Of a DNA stretch of 64,000 bases, positions 18,413 to 27,495 are shown in pieces. The position numbers and the translations under genes were made by a program. Origin of the DNA: Candidatus Latescibacterota bacterium (GTDB lineage: Bacteria > Latescibacterota > UBA2968). Where the stretch lies: assembly GCA_965198115.1 (NCBI GenBank), contig OZ240241.1, positions 192,001 to 256,000 of the forward strand. Reading direction: 5' to 3'. Positions within the stretch are counted from its first letter, which is position 1; each line of letters starts with the position of its first letter. The notes beneath the pieces are model-generated. The model ran no database searches. It was not told where the DNA came from and saw nothing but the letters and a program-made list of their open reading frames with translations.

Positions 18413-20577
18413 TGATTCACGGGCATATCCGCGTTCAGTCGGGTGACCGCGTGCCTCGCGTACAGGTGTCCAACAGCCGCGAAGTGGTGTCTGCGGATGT
18501 ACGCGATAGCTACCGACTCCCACGACGGGAAGAAGATCGATTCGTTTTTCTGACGGTGCCCTCGGGTTACGAGTGCGTGGGTCCTTCGTATCAGAGGCTA
18601 GGGGCACCGGAGAAGTACGATTTCGAGCTTCGACCGAGCCTCGCGCGATCGGTCGAGACCTTCTCGTTTGTCCACATTGCCGACGTCCACGTCTCTTCCA
18701 CGCAAAGAGGAGACAACGCGACCGACGTCGACCTGCGTCACGATCTGGACAGGATCTGGAAGGATGTGGGCGACGAAGCCTCGTTTGTTCTGACGACGGG
18801 TGACCTGACGGATCTCGGGACGCGCGACGAGTTCGAGGCGTTTCTCCGTGCCACCGAAGATTTTCCGATCCCGATCTACCCCTGTATCGGGAATCACGAC
18901 GACGGGGATCCAGAAGCGTTACTCGATCATTTCCACGACGCGTTCGGTCCAACCTATTACTCGTTCGATTTCGGCCCAGTTCACTTCGTGGTCTATGACG
19001 GGGTCGGCCACCACTGGCGGGATCCCGATCACCAGGACGCCTGGGTTCGTGCGGACCTCGATGCAATTCCGGCCGGGACCCCCGTGATCTTTGCGCTGCA
19101 TTATCCCTGGGGTCGGTCCTTCTTCGATCGCTTCAGCCAGGACAGGGTGGTCGCCTCCCTTTCGGGCCACTGGCACTGTACACGTATCTTTCGGGATGGC
19201 CCGACCGTTCATTATAACACCCCGACGCTGTGTTTCGGTGGCGTCGACCAGAGCCCGAGGGGCTATCGATTCTGCACCTATCGCGAAGGCTCGGTGACCT
19301 CAGAGATTCGCACACTCGATCCGAATGTCTTCTCGGGCACGAGCTTTCGTCCCGAGCACGACAGGACGGGTGGGCCCGTTGGTTTGTCAGACGACAAGCC
19401 GTGTCCCGATCGGGCGTGGCCGTTGTTCAGGGGTGGGCCGAGACGAACCGGGGAGTCGGAATCCGGACCACGACCCCCGCTCGTTCCCTCGTGGAAGGCT
19501 GGGACTGGCGGCGGGTTGCACATCGGTTCTCCGATTCTCGTCGACCGAACGCTCGTAATCGGTACGCAGAACGAAGACCGGCCCGAGGCGGCGTCCGTCG
19601 TCGCGCTGGACGCGGTCGAAGGCGATACGCTCTGGTCACGACCGATGGAGAATTCGGTCAAACTGTCACCAGCTGCGTACGATGATCTCTGCTTCGCGGT
19701 TTCGGTTACGGGAGAAGTTGTCGGCTTAAAGCTAGCGGATGGCGAACCAGTGTGGTCTTACCGCCTCGGCGATGCGTCCGAGCGGTGGGTCTACAGTTCG
19801 CCTCTCGTTTCGGATGGGCGCTTATACCTCGGAATGAGCCCTCACTTCGTGTCGCTCGATCCGGCAACCGGGGAGGTCCTCTGGCTGAAGGATGATATCG
19901 GGACGAGGGATTGGGTCGCCTCCTACCCCTCGCCCGCTGGCTACGCTGGCTTCGTTGTCATCGCGTTCCACGGTCCGGAGACGAATCTTCTCGTTGTGGA
20001 GAGGGATACGGGTCGGACCGTTTGGAGGAACGAGGAGCACAAGCGTTTTCGGATAAGTTCTACGCCGGTCATCTCTTCGGACGGCTCGATCTACGTGGTG
20101 AGCGCTGCATTGAGCGGTGCGACGTCGCTGGTTCGATCTTTCGATGTTCACACGGGCAACGTTCGATGGAAGTCAAATCTCGGCCGGACACGCTGTATGG
20201 CGTCGCCTGCCCTGTCGAACGGGTTACTGCTGGTACCGACCGGCGATGGCACGCTTCACGCGCTGGACGCAGTGACGGGTCAGGAGGTCTGGTGCTGGCA
20301 AGCCAAGGACGGACTGGCATCGTTTACCCCGTACATTCGGGGTGGCAAAGGGCAAGTTTCGTCGCCGGTCGTTGTGAGTGGCACTGTGTTTTTCGGGTGC
20401 GCTGACGGCTTTATCTACGCCCTGGACATTCGGACAGGCGAAGCGCTCTGGTCTTTCGATCTGGGGGTTCCGACGCTGTCTTCGCCTGTCGTATCAGGGT
20501 CCGGGTTGTGGATCGGCTCGTGCAATGGGATGGTTCACGCGTTCTGTGGACACGCGAATGAGGTGAGTGGTGACTAA
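18412..20577 (+). CDS. Calcineurin-like metallophosphoesterase fused to a PQQ-like/BamB beta-propeller
   Basis: ADVH, TGDL, GNHD, HYP, SGHWH; then WPLFRGGPRRTG and many SSP..../ALD..TG..LW repeats. Confidence 0.88.
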   Translation: MIHGHIRVQSGDRVPRVQVSNSREVVSADVRDSYRLPRREEDRFVFLTVPSGYECVGPSYQRLGAPEKYDFELRPSLARSVETFSFVHIADVHVSSTQRGDNATDVDLRHDLDRIWKDVGDEASFVLTTGDLTDLGTRDEFEAFLRATEDFPIPIYPCIGNHDDGDPEALLDHFHDAFGPTYYSFDFGPVHFVVYDGVGHHWRDPDHQDAWVRADLDAIPAGTPVIFALHYPWGRSFFDRFSQDRVVASLSGHWHCTRIFRDGPTVHYNTPTLCFGGVDQSPRGYRFCTYREGSVTSEIRTLDPNVFSGTSFRPEHDRTGGPVGLSDDKPCPDRAWPLFRGGPRRTGESESGPRPPLVPSWKAGTGGGLHIGSPILVDRTLVIGTQNEDRPEAASVVALDAVEGDTLWSRPMENSVKLSPAAYDDLCFAVSVTGEVVGLKLADGEPVWSYRLGDASERWVYSSPLVSDGRLYLGMSPHFVSLDPATGEVLWLKDDIGTRDWVASYPSPAGYAGFVVIAFHGPETNLLVVERDTGRTVWRNEEHKRFRISSTPVISSDGSIYVVSAALSGATSLVRSFDVHTGNVRWKSNLGRTRCMASPALSNGLLLVPTGDGTLHALDAVTGQEVWCWQAKDGLASFTPYIRGGKGQVSSPVVVSGTVFFGCADGFIYALDIRTGEALWSFDLGVPTLSSPVVSGSGLWIGSCNGMVHAFCGHANEVSGD

Positions 20578-21811
20578 GATCAGGATCGCGCTCGTCGGGT
20601 GTGGTGGCATGGGTACGCGACACCTTTACGGGCTCACAGAGTTGACGAAGACGCCATTCTGTCGCGTGGAACTGGCGGGCCTTTGCGATATCAATCCGGA
20701 AAACGGAGAACGGGCGGCCGGTGAAGTGGAAGGGTTGCTGGGGTTTCGCCCACCAGTGTTTACCGACCTGGCTACGATGGCGAAGGATCTCGGGGATCTG
20801 GACGCTGTCGATGTCGTTACAGATCCGTCGTTTCATCACGAGGTCGTGTGCCAGGCGCTCGACCTGGGTCTGCACGTGATGGTCGAGAAGCCGTTCGGCG
20901 TGAGCGTGCGCACGTGCCGGATGATGATGGAGGCCGCCGAGCGAAACGACCGTCTCATTTCCGTTGCCGAGAACTATCGGCGCGATCCTTCTGCGCGGCT
21001 GCTACGATATCTGATCGACCAGGAGGTAGTCGGCAAGCCCTACGGCGCGGTTTTCCACTCGGTTCGCGCGGGGCGAGACATCTTCATTACCCCGTGGCGC
21101 CACCTCAAGGAGCGGGCGGGACCACTCCTCGATCTGGGCGTGCACTTCACCGACCTGATTCGTTACCAACTTGGTGAAGTGGGCGAGATCTATTCCGATG
21201 CCCGGCTGATCGAGACGGAGCGCGAAAAGCCTTTGTCACTCAATTCACCATACGAGTTTTATCGCGCCCGACACGATGCGATGGATAAAACGGTTCCAGC
21301 GACCGCTGAAGATTCGTCTTCGGCTCTGTTTCGAATGGAGAGCGGCATTGGCGTGAACTGGTTTCTCCAGTTGGCGGGGCCGGTGAGCTTTGGCCGCCAA
21401 CTGATCTTGGGGGAGAGAGGCGCCTTCGAGGGATTCGGTAACAGAGGGGGTCGCATCCGTTTGATCGAACCGGACGGCACGACAGTCGAGCAAGAGGACT
21501 TGATCACCCAGTTCAGCGATTTTACGATAGAACCCCTGGCCGAACACTTCTTCCCGACAAAGGTGACAGTCGGCGACGACGCCGTGGACTGGAAGATTAT
21601 TGCCCTCGAGTATCACGAGTTGTCAGAAGCGATTCTGGATGGACGAAAGTTGGAAGTAGACGGTGAAGAAGGGACGCGTGATGTGGCTGTTGCCCACGCC
21701 CTGTGCGAGTCGGCGGTAGCAGGGCGTGCGGTAACGTTGGAGGAGATGATGGGGATGGAGGTTTATGAGTACCAGAGAGAAATCGATGGCTTGTTAGGGA
21801 TCGAACATTGA
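20567..21811 (+). CDS. Gfo/Idh/MocA-family oxidoreductase
   Basis: IALVGCGGMG, HVMVEKP, LDLGVHFTD. Confidence 0.9.
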   Translation: MVTKIRIALVGCGGMGTRHLYGLTELTKTPFCRVELAGLCDINPENGERAAGEVEGLLGFRPPVFTDLATMAKDLGDLDAVDVVTDPSFHHEVVCQALDLGLHVMVEKPFGVSVRTCRMMMEAAERNDRLISVAENYRRDPSARLLRYLIDQEVVGKPYGAVFHSVRAGRDIFITPWRHLKERAGPLLDLGVHFTDLIRYQLGEVGEIYSDARLIETEREKPLSLNSPYEFYRARHDAMDKTVPATAEDSSSALFRMESGIGVNWFLQLAGPVSFGRQLILGERGAFEGFGNRGGRIRLIEPDGTTVEQEDLITQFSDFTIEPLAEHFFPTKVTVGDDAVDWKIIALEYHELSEAILDGRKLEVDGEEGTRDVAVAHALCESAVAGRAVTLEEMMGMEVYEYQREIDGLLGIEH

Positions 21812-21843
21812 CAGGCAGCCGGTCACATTCGATTCCGATCCCA

Positions 21844-21923
21844 CTCATCCCGAGTAGACCACCTCACAGAGCCTTTTGACTATTCCGGTGCATAGCAACT
21901 AAACCTGGTGGTATCGAGGGAGA
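21844..21923 (+). repeat. REP-like repeat, copy A (51-nt insert)
   Basis: CTCATCCCGAGTAGAC (21844-21859), insert 21860-21910, GTATCGAGGGAGA (21911-21923). Confidence 0.85.
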
Positions 21924-22004
21924 CGGGATCCTACCGAAGGTCGGGACTTTCAACTCGAACGACGGATCTGGCGCGTAATCGAAGTCAATGTATCGCCTGA
22001 AGGC

Positions 22005-22083
22005 TCTCCCTCGATACGACCAGGCATCTGTTTGACCTGACAGAAGAGCGATTGAATCCACGAATTCGTCTACTCGGGATGCG
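22005..22083 (-). repeat. REP-like repeat, copy B (50-nt insert)
   Basis: TCTCCCTCGATAC (22005-22017), insert 22018-22067, GTCTACTCGGGATG (from 22068); reverse complement of the copy A arms. Confidence 0.85.
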
Positions 22084-22158
22084 GATGGGTCTTCGCAGTG
22101 GCTTGATTCCGAATGTGTTCTGTGCTCCAATGTAGTAGCCAGGAGCGAGGAAGACGGG

Positions 22159-22467
22159 ATCGATTACTACTGTTACATGCTTCGGTGCGCTGACAAGTCG
22201 ATCTACGTTGGCCACACGGATGAACTCGAAACACGCATCGCAGAACATCATCAGGGCATCGCGTCAACTTACACAGCCGCACGGCGACCCTTGGTTCTGA
22301 TCTGGACGGAAATGTTTCCCAGCCGCGACCGGGCTTTCGTTGCAGAGCGCAGGATCAAGAAGTGGAGCCGCGCGAAGAAACTCGCACTGGCTGATGGTGA
22401 TTATGAACTGTTGAGTGTGCTGGGCAAGAAGAAAACGTGGAAGGAACACAGGGAAGGGCGACTATAA
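22159..22467 (+). CDS. Stand-alone GIY-YIG nuclease-family protein (about 100 aa)
   Basis: YYCYMLRCADKSIYVGHT..LETRIAEH..G..STYTAARRP..L..E....R..A...ERRIKKWSRAKK. The first ATG (22177) lies inside the GIY strand; the natural start position (22159) is ATC. Confidence 0.88.
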   Translation: MDYYCYMLRCADKSIYVGHTDELETRIAEHHQGIASTYTAARRPLVLIWTEMFPSRDRAFVAERRIKKWSRAKKLALADGDYELLSVLGKKKTWKEHREGRL

Positions 22468-22491
22468 GGTCACGCTGACTAAGCGGTGGGC

Positions 22492-22575
22492 TCTCCCTCG
22501 ATACGACGAGTATCTGGCTTCTATATCGCCGCCCATTGACACTTCTGATTTCGTCTACTCGGGATGAGCGGATGG
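22492..22575 (-). repeat. REP-like repeat, copy C (48-nt insert)
   Basis: TCTCCCTCGATAC (22492-22504), insert 22505-22552, GTCTACTCGGGATGAG (22553-22568), then CGGATGG as in copy B. Confidence 0.85.
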
Positions 22576-22739
22576 TGTTGCACAAGATGTCTTGTCAGAT
22601 TTTAACGCGGTCTGAGCGGAGTGGGTTAGCCATTCCGGATTCATTGCCTTCCTCCAAAAGTATTGTGAGTATGTAGCGCGATCATAGTCAGGATGGACGT
22701 TCACAACAATGTTCTATCTACAAGGTTCTATGTTCCATG

Positions 22740-24182
22740 GAGCTCAGGTCAATAGGTGTGTAAAAGAAATCAGGCGGCCATCTTCCCGGCTTCGACCTGC
22801 GGTCCGGTTGAGTGTTTCTGATCGTAGACTTGTTGTAGCAAGTGTGGCGCGGTGAGTTTCCTGAATCGGCTCTCTGCGACCTTGAGCGTACGCCAGATGA
22901 GAGTCGTGGCGTTCCTGACTTTCTTGAATCGCCTGGCGGCGTTTGTGCGAAGCCGAACGGAAGCAAAGGGGCTCTCGACGACGTTCGTGGTTCTCAGGTG
23001 TTTCCAGTGTTCCTTCGGGAAGTCGTAGAACGTGACCATCCGATCCCAGTTTCTTTCGAGCGTCTCCACGGCGGCAGGGAACTGTGAGCGATACCGTGCG
23101 GCAAAGCGTTTCCGGAGCTTCTCGGCCTCCTTTTTCGTGCCGGCATAGGGGATCTGGACGAGCAGTGCGCGGGCTTCAGCCTGTGCACGCTTGGCGACCT
23201 TGTCGAGCACGTTGAGGATCTTGTGGTTCCAGCACCGTTGTTGCCGGCTCTCTGGCCAGACCTGATCAACGGCCGCCCAGATGCCCATATTCCCGTCCGC
23301 GGCGATCAGGACAGGATGTTCGAGCCCGCGATCCCGGAGATCCCGGAGCACCGTGAGCCAGGATTCTGTAGACTCTCGATAACCGGGTTCTATCGCCAGG
23401 ATCTCCTTGCTGCCGTCGCTCATCGCGCCGATCACGACCAGCAGACACGCCTTCTCGCGCTCGAGCCCGGCTTTGACGTAGATGCCATCAGCCCAGGCGT
23501 AGACCAGTTCGCGATTATCCAGACGCCTTTCTTTCCAGTCCTGGAAGTCGACCTCCCACTTCCCTCGAAGACGAGCGATCGAGGTCGGCGAAAGCGGCGC
23601 GCCATCACCGAGCAGCGCACGCAAAGACAACTCGAAGTCGCCCTGGGAGAGACCGTGGAGATAAAGGTCGGGAAGCAGATCTCCAATGGCCCTGGTTCTC
23701 CGGGCGAACAGGGGGAGGATGCGGCTTTCAAACCGCTCTTCCAGACCACGAACCCGGGGACGCCGGACCTTGATCGTTCCGCAGCTCGTCGAGAGACGCC
23801 GGGGCTTGCCGTAGCCGTTCCTGTAGCCCCTGGAGCTATCGACCTCGGCTCGGCGCTCATACCACGACCGGCCCAAGAACGCGGTCGCCTCCTCCTCCAG
23901 AATGGACTGGAACCGGCCCTGGATCTCTTCACGGATCCAATCGTCAACCGTCTCCCACGTCGGCATGGACTTCAATGGGGCTCTATGCGTATGTTCCTTC
24001 ACGGCGATCCTCCTTCCCAACCGGGCCTCTCACCCGGTTTTGTGTGAATCAACTATCTCACGGGACTCACCGCGCCACACTTGCTACAACAAGTCTACGA
24101 TCAGAAACACTCAACCGGACCGCAGGTCGAAACCGGGAAGATGGCCGCCTGATTTCTTTTACACACCTATTGACCTGAGCTC
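22740..24182 (-). mobile_element. IS256-family element with 118-bp terminal inverted repeats
   Basis: 22740-22857 is the reverse complement of 24065-24182 (one mismatch seen); no clear TSD. Confidence 0.88.
22770..24002 (-). CDS. IS256-family (Mutator-like) transposase
   Basis: GYRNGY, PRVR, YLHGLS, WADG, RESTESW, ADG, QRCWNHK, RTTNVVES; GTG start after AAGGAGG. Confidence 0.93.
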   Translation of the reverse strand: MKEHTHRAPLKSMPTWETVDDWIREEIQGRFQSILEEEATAFLGRSWYERRAEVDSSRGYRNGYGKPRRLSTSCGTIKVRRPRVRGLEERFESRILPLFARRTRAIGDLLPDLYLHGLSQGDFELSLRALLGDGAPLSPTSIARLRGKWEVDFQDWKERRLDNRELVYAWADGIYVKAGLEREKACLLVVIGAMSDGSKEILAIEPGYRESTESWLTVLRDLRDRGLEHPVLIAADGNMGIWAAVDQVWPESRQQRCWNHKILNVLDKVAKRAQAEARALLVQIPYAGTKKEAEKLRKRFAARYRSQFPAAVETLERNWDRMVTFYDFPKEHWKHLRTTNVVESPFASVRLRTNAARRFKKVRNATTLIWRTLKVAESRFRKLTAPHLLQQVYDQKHSTGPQVEAGKMAA

Positions 24183-24183
24183 C

Positions 24184-25092
24184 GGTGAGGCCGAACTCGT
24201 CTACGTGGTGGACGTTCACGGGCCGTCGGCGAAGTCGCTAGCGGAAGAGTACGGGTCCAAGGTCACCGATTCCGCTGGGGCACTGGGGGATCCAAGCGTG
24301 GACGCTGTTGTCATTGCGTCGTCGACGGACACGCACCTCGATCTGATTCTGGCTGCGATAGAGGCCGGGAAGCCGATTTTCTGTGAGAAGCCGGTCGATC
24401 TCAGCCTCGAGCGGGTGGATGAACAGATGGACGCGATCGAGGCGGCTCCTGTTCCCGTCCTGATCGGGTTCCAACGGAGATACGACAGACATATCAGCGG
24501 TGTCAAAGCAGCGATCGACGAAGGCCGACTGGGCGATGTTGAAGTTGTGAAGATCACGAGCCGCGATCCTTCCCCGCCACCGATCGAGTACATCAACGTC
24601 TCGGGCGGGCTGTTCCGTGATATGATGATCCACGATTTCGATCTGGCACGATGGCTTCTGGGTGAGGAGCCGGTCGAGGTGTGTGCGTTGGGAAGCTGCC
24701 TTGTGGAGGAAACCATCGGTGACGCTGGGGACATCGACACGGCAGCCGTGACGATGAAGACGTCATCGGGCAAGCTCGCGCAGATCGACAACAGCCGGCG
24801 CGCCACCTACGGCTACGATCAGCGTGTCGAGGCGTTCGGATCGAAAGGGATGGCGCGAGCGGAGAACGTGCCGACGACGACGGTTGAAGTCTGGGATGCC
24901 GTCGACGTGGCGCGAGAGAAGCCGCCCTACTTTTTCCTTGAGCGATACGCCGATGCCTATCGAGCCGAGTTCGATCACTTTGTCGACGTGGTGAAGGGAG
25001 TCGCAGAGCCCGCCGTGACCGTTCGTGATGGGCGGCAGGCCCTGGCGTTGGCCGGTGCAGCGCTAACCTCGTCGAGTCGGGGCGAACCGTGA
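24184..25092 (+). pseudogene. iolG: Inositol 2-dehydrogenase-like Gfo/Idh/MocA oxidoreductase, 5'-truncated at the IS256 end
   Basis: FCEKP, GFQRRYD, ITSRDP, SGGLFRDMMIHDFD, YGYDQRVE, FFLERY; the start codon and N-terminal GxGxxG are missing. Confidence 0.8.
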
Positions 25093-25118
25093 CCCCTTCG
25101 ACGATCGGATGACGTCAC

Positions 25119-26708
25119 TTGAGCGAATCCGAACAACGACTCGACCCCAAGATTGTCGAGGCCCTCGGCCAGCTTCTCGACCTAGCGCCGGAAGACGAGT
25201 GCTTCGAGGCATTTGCGAAGCTTGTGCACACCTACCATTTCGAAGCCGACTCGCTCTACGACGATCGTCTTGACTACAGACTTCCCCCTGCACTCAGCTA
25301 CCATCCACCTATCCCGCCCGGGACAGAACCCGAAAGTCGATTCACCTTCCGCGAGTCTGACGTTGTTCGTCCGAGTGGTGACGAGGCTCTCGCCTTTGCG
25401 CCCGTCCGTGTCCTATCGAATCTGATTGCGACGAAGCAGGTTTCCCCCGTGGAGCTCACGCAGCTCTACCTCGATCGGCTGGAACGCTACGGCAGCTCAC
25501 TGCATTGCGTGGTGACGCTGACGCCCGAACTTGCGTTGGAGCAAGCGCACGCCGCAGAGGAGGAGATCGGTAGAGGTGAGGTTCGCGGCCCACTGCACGG
25601 GATCCCTTGGGGGGCGAAGGATCTGCTCGCGACAGCAGGTGTTCCGACGACGTGGGGGGCCACGCCCTATCGGGACCAGGTTTTCCCCTACAACGCGGCA
25701 GTTGTCGAGAGGCTGACACAGGCAGGTGCTGTTCTGGTGGCGAAGCTGTCGATGGGATCGCTGGCGATGGGGGCGTACTGGTTCGGGGGGATGACGAGAA
25801 ACCCGTGGGATCCGGATTCGGGATCGAGTGGATCTTCGGCCGGCTCTGGTGCGTCGACTGCCGCGGGTATGGTGGGCTTCAGCATCGGGACAGAGACACA
25901 CGGGTCGATTACGTCACCGAGTCACACCTGTGGGGTTGTGGGGCTACGGCCGACGTTCGGACGTGTGAGCCGCTACGGGGCGATGGCCCTGGGCTATTCG
26001 CTCGACAAAATCGGCCCCATGTGCCGGTCGGTCGAGGATTGCGCGGCTGTGTTCGCCACGATTGCCGGCCGCGACGATCGTGATGCGTGTACGGTGGACG
26101 CTGGATTCGGGTGGCCGGTTGACCGTGACGTGCGAGGTCTGCGCATCGGATATGTCGCATCCGAATACGAACAGGTGGAGGAGGATGACGCCTCCGTTTA
26201 CGAAGACGCGCTCGATGTGCTCAGACAGCTCGGATGCGACGTTCGGCCGATCGCGCTTCCGGATTGTCCGAAAGGGTTAATGATGACCGTCTGGGTGGAG
26301 GCGGCGACGGCCTTTGGAGATCTGGCGAAGACCGATGCGCTCGATACGGTGACGGAGAACGATAGCAGCAAATGGGCCTCCGTTTTCCGTGCGGCACAGA
26401 CCATTCCCGCACCGGCCTACCTGAGAGCGCAGAGGCTCCGCACGAAACTGATTGATGATTTCTCCCAGCTGATGAGCGATTGGGATCTGATCGTTGTCCC
26501 GGGGCCCGGCAAGACGAGTATGACGATCGGCAATCTGACGGGTACTCCGGCGCTGACCATTCCGTGTGGATTCGTCGATGGCAAACCCCGCGGCATGACG
26601 TTCATCGGCTCGTTTTACGACGAGGCCGGTCTGCTGGCAGCGGGACTGGCGTACGAATCAGCGACAGACTGGCACTCGCGTCATCCTGATCTGTCGGGGC
26701 TCGGGTGA
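25119..26708 (+). CDS. Amidase signature (GatA-like) family enzyme
   Basis: GPLHGIPWGAKDL, TRNPW, GSSGSSAGS, IGTETHGSI. Confidence 0.92.
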   Translation: MSESEQRLDPKIVEALGQLLDLAPEDECFEAFAKLVHTYHFEADSLYDDRLDYRLPPALSYHPPIPPGTEPESRFTFRESDVVRPSGDEALAFAPVRVLSNLIATKQVSPVELTQLYLDRLERYGSSLHCVVTLTPELALEQAHAAEEEIGRGEVRGPLHGIPWGAKDLLATAGVPTTWGATPYRDQVFPYNAAVVERLTQAGAVLVAKLSMGSLAMGAYWFGGMTRNPWDPDSGSSGSSAGSGASTAAGMVGFSIGTETHGSITSPSHTCGVVGLRPTFGRVSRYGAMALGYSLDKIGPMCRSVEDCAAVFATIAGRDDRDACTVDAGFGWPVDRDVRGLRIGYVASEYEQVEEDDASVYEDALDVLRQLGCDVRPIALPDCPKGLMMTVWVEAATAFGDLAKTDALDTVTENDSSKWASVFRAAQTIPAPAYLRAQRLRTKLIDDFSQLMSDWDLIVVPGPGKTSMTIGNLTGTPALTIPCGFVDGKPRGMTFIGSFYDEAGLLAAGLAYESATDWHSRHPDLSGLG

Positions 26709-27407
26709 TTCCGTCTCGTTCGGCGTGTCGAACTGCCGATTCCGACACTGGCTGGGTGGACTGTCATCGCTGCGTGTGTGGGAATGGCATCGATCGTGTT
26801 CATCGGAACGATCTATCCATTCTTGGCCGTGAACCAGCCGATCGGGTCGGGTTCGTTGGTCGTCGAAGGTTGGATGAACCGGACAGACGTGCTCGAAACG
26901 ATCGCATTGTTTCAGCGGGGAGACTACGAGGGGATCTATACCACGGGTGGCCCGGTTTCTGACGGATCCTATCTTTCGCTTCTCTACCCGACACATAAGA
27001 CTCTGGCTGAGATTGCTGCTCATCAGTTTGTGGTGGCAGGGGTCGCCGACGACAGAGTCACGGCTGTTCCCCGGGGTTCTGTCACCCGGAATCGCACTTA
27101 TTCCTCAGCGCTAGCCCTGCGATTTCGGCTGGTGGCTGATGGACTCGACGGTTACCGGCTCGATGTTCTATCGAGCGGTCCTCACGCGAGGAGATCCTGG
27201 CTTTTGTATCAAGCAGCGCTTAGGGATATCGCTGACGTGGGAGTTAAGTCTCTCCCTCCGACCTCCTACGACTCGAATCGGTGGTGGATGACGAGTTCGG
27301 GATTCCGGACCGTGATCTCCGAATGCATCGCGTACTGTTACGCGAAGTTCCTGTTCTATCCGGATGTAGAAGGGGACATTGCCAAATTGCGGCGTAACCC
27401 AAATTGA
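26705..27407 (+). CDS. YdcF/DUF218 (ElyC/SanA-like) membrane protein; apparent +1 indel near the start
   Basis: LVVEGW, TTGGP, RNRTYSSA, GPHARRS, RWW.SSGFRTVISE. A hydrophobic N-terminal extension is in frame from 26712, but the coupled GTG at 26705 is off by one base. Confidence 0.75.
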
Positions 27408-27495
27408 GGACCACTTATGGACAAGGGATATGCCAACCCGCAGCTGCTCTGGTCCGCAGAGCAACTTAGCGATCGGCTGGGGGACGAGCATCTTA

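Noticed and set aside
21844-22575. CRISPR array
   Set aside because: Copies are in mixed orientation, not tandem, and dispersed; the variable part lies inside the palindrome; there are no cas genes in the window.
22740-22745. GAGCTC as a 6-bp TSD of IS256
   Set aside because: It is palindromic and so is equally explained as part of the TIR; joining the flanks does not restore the iolG N-terminus.
23902-25092. 396-aa ORF with a novel N-terminus
   Set aside because: The first ~94 codons are IS256 sequence read through into the truncated iolG.
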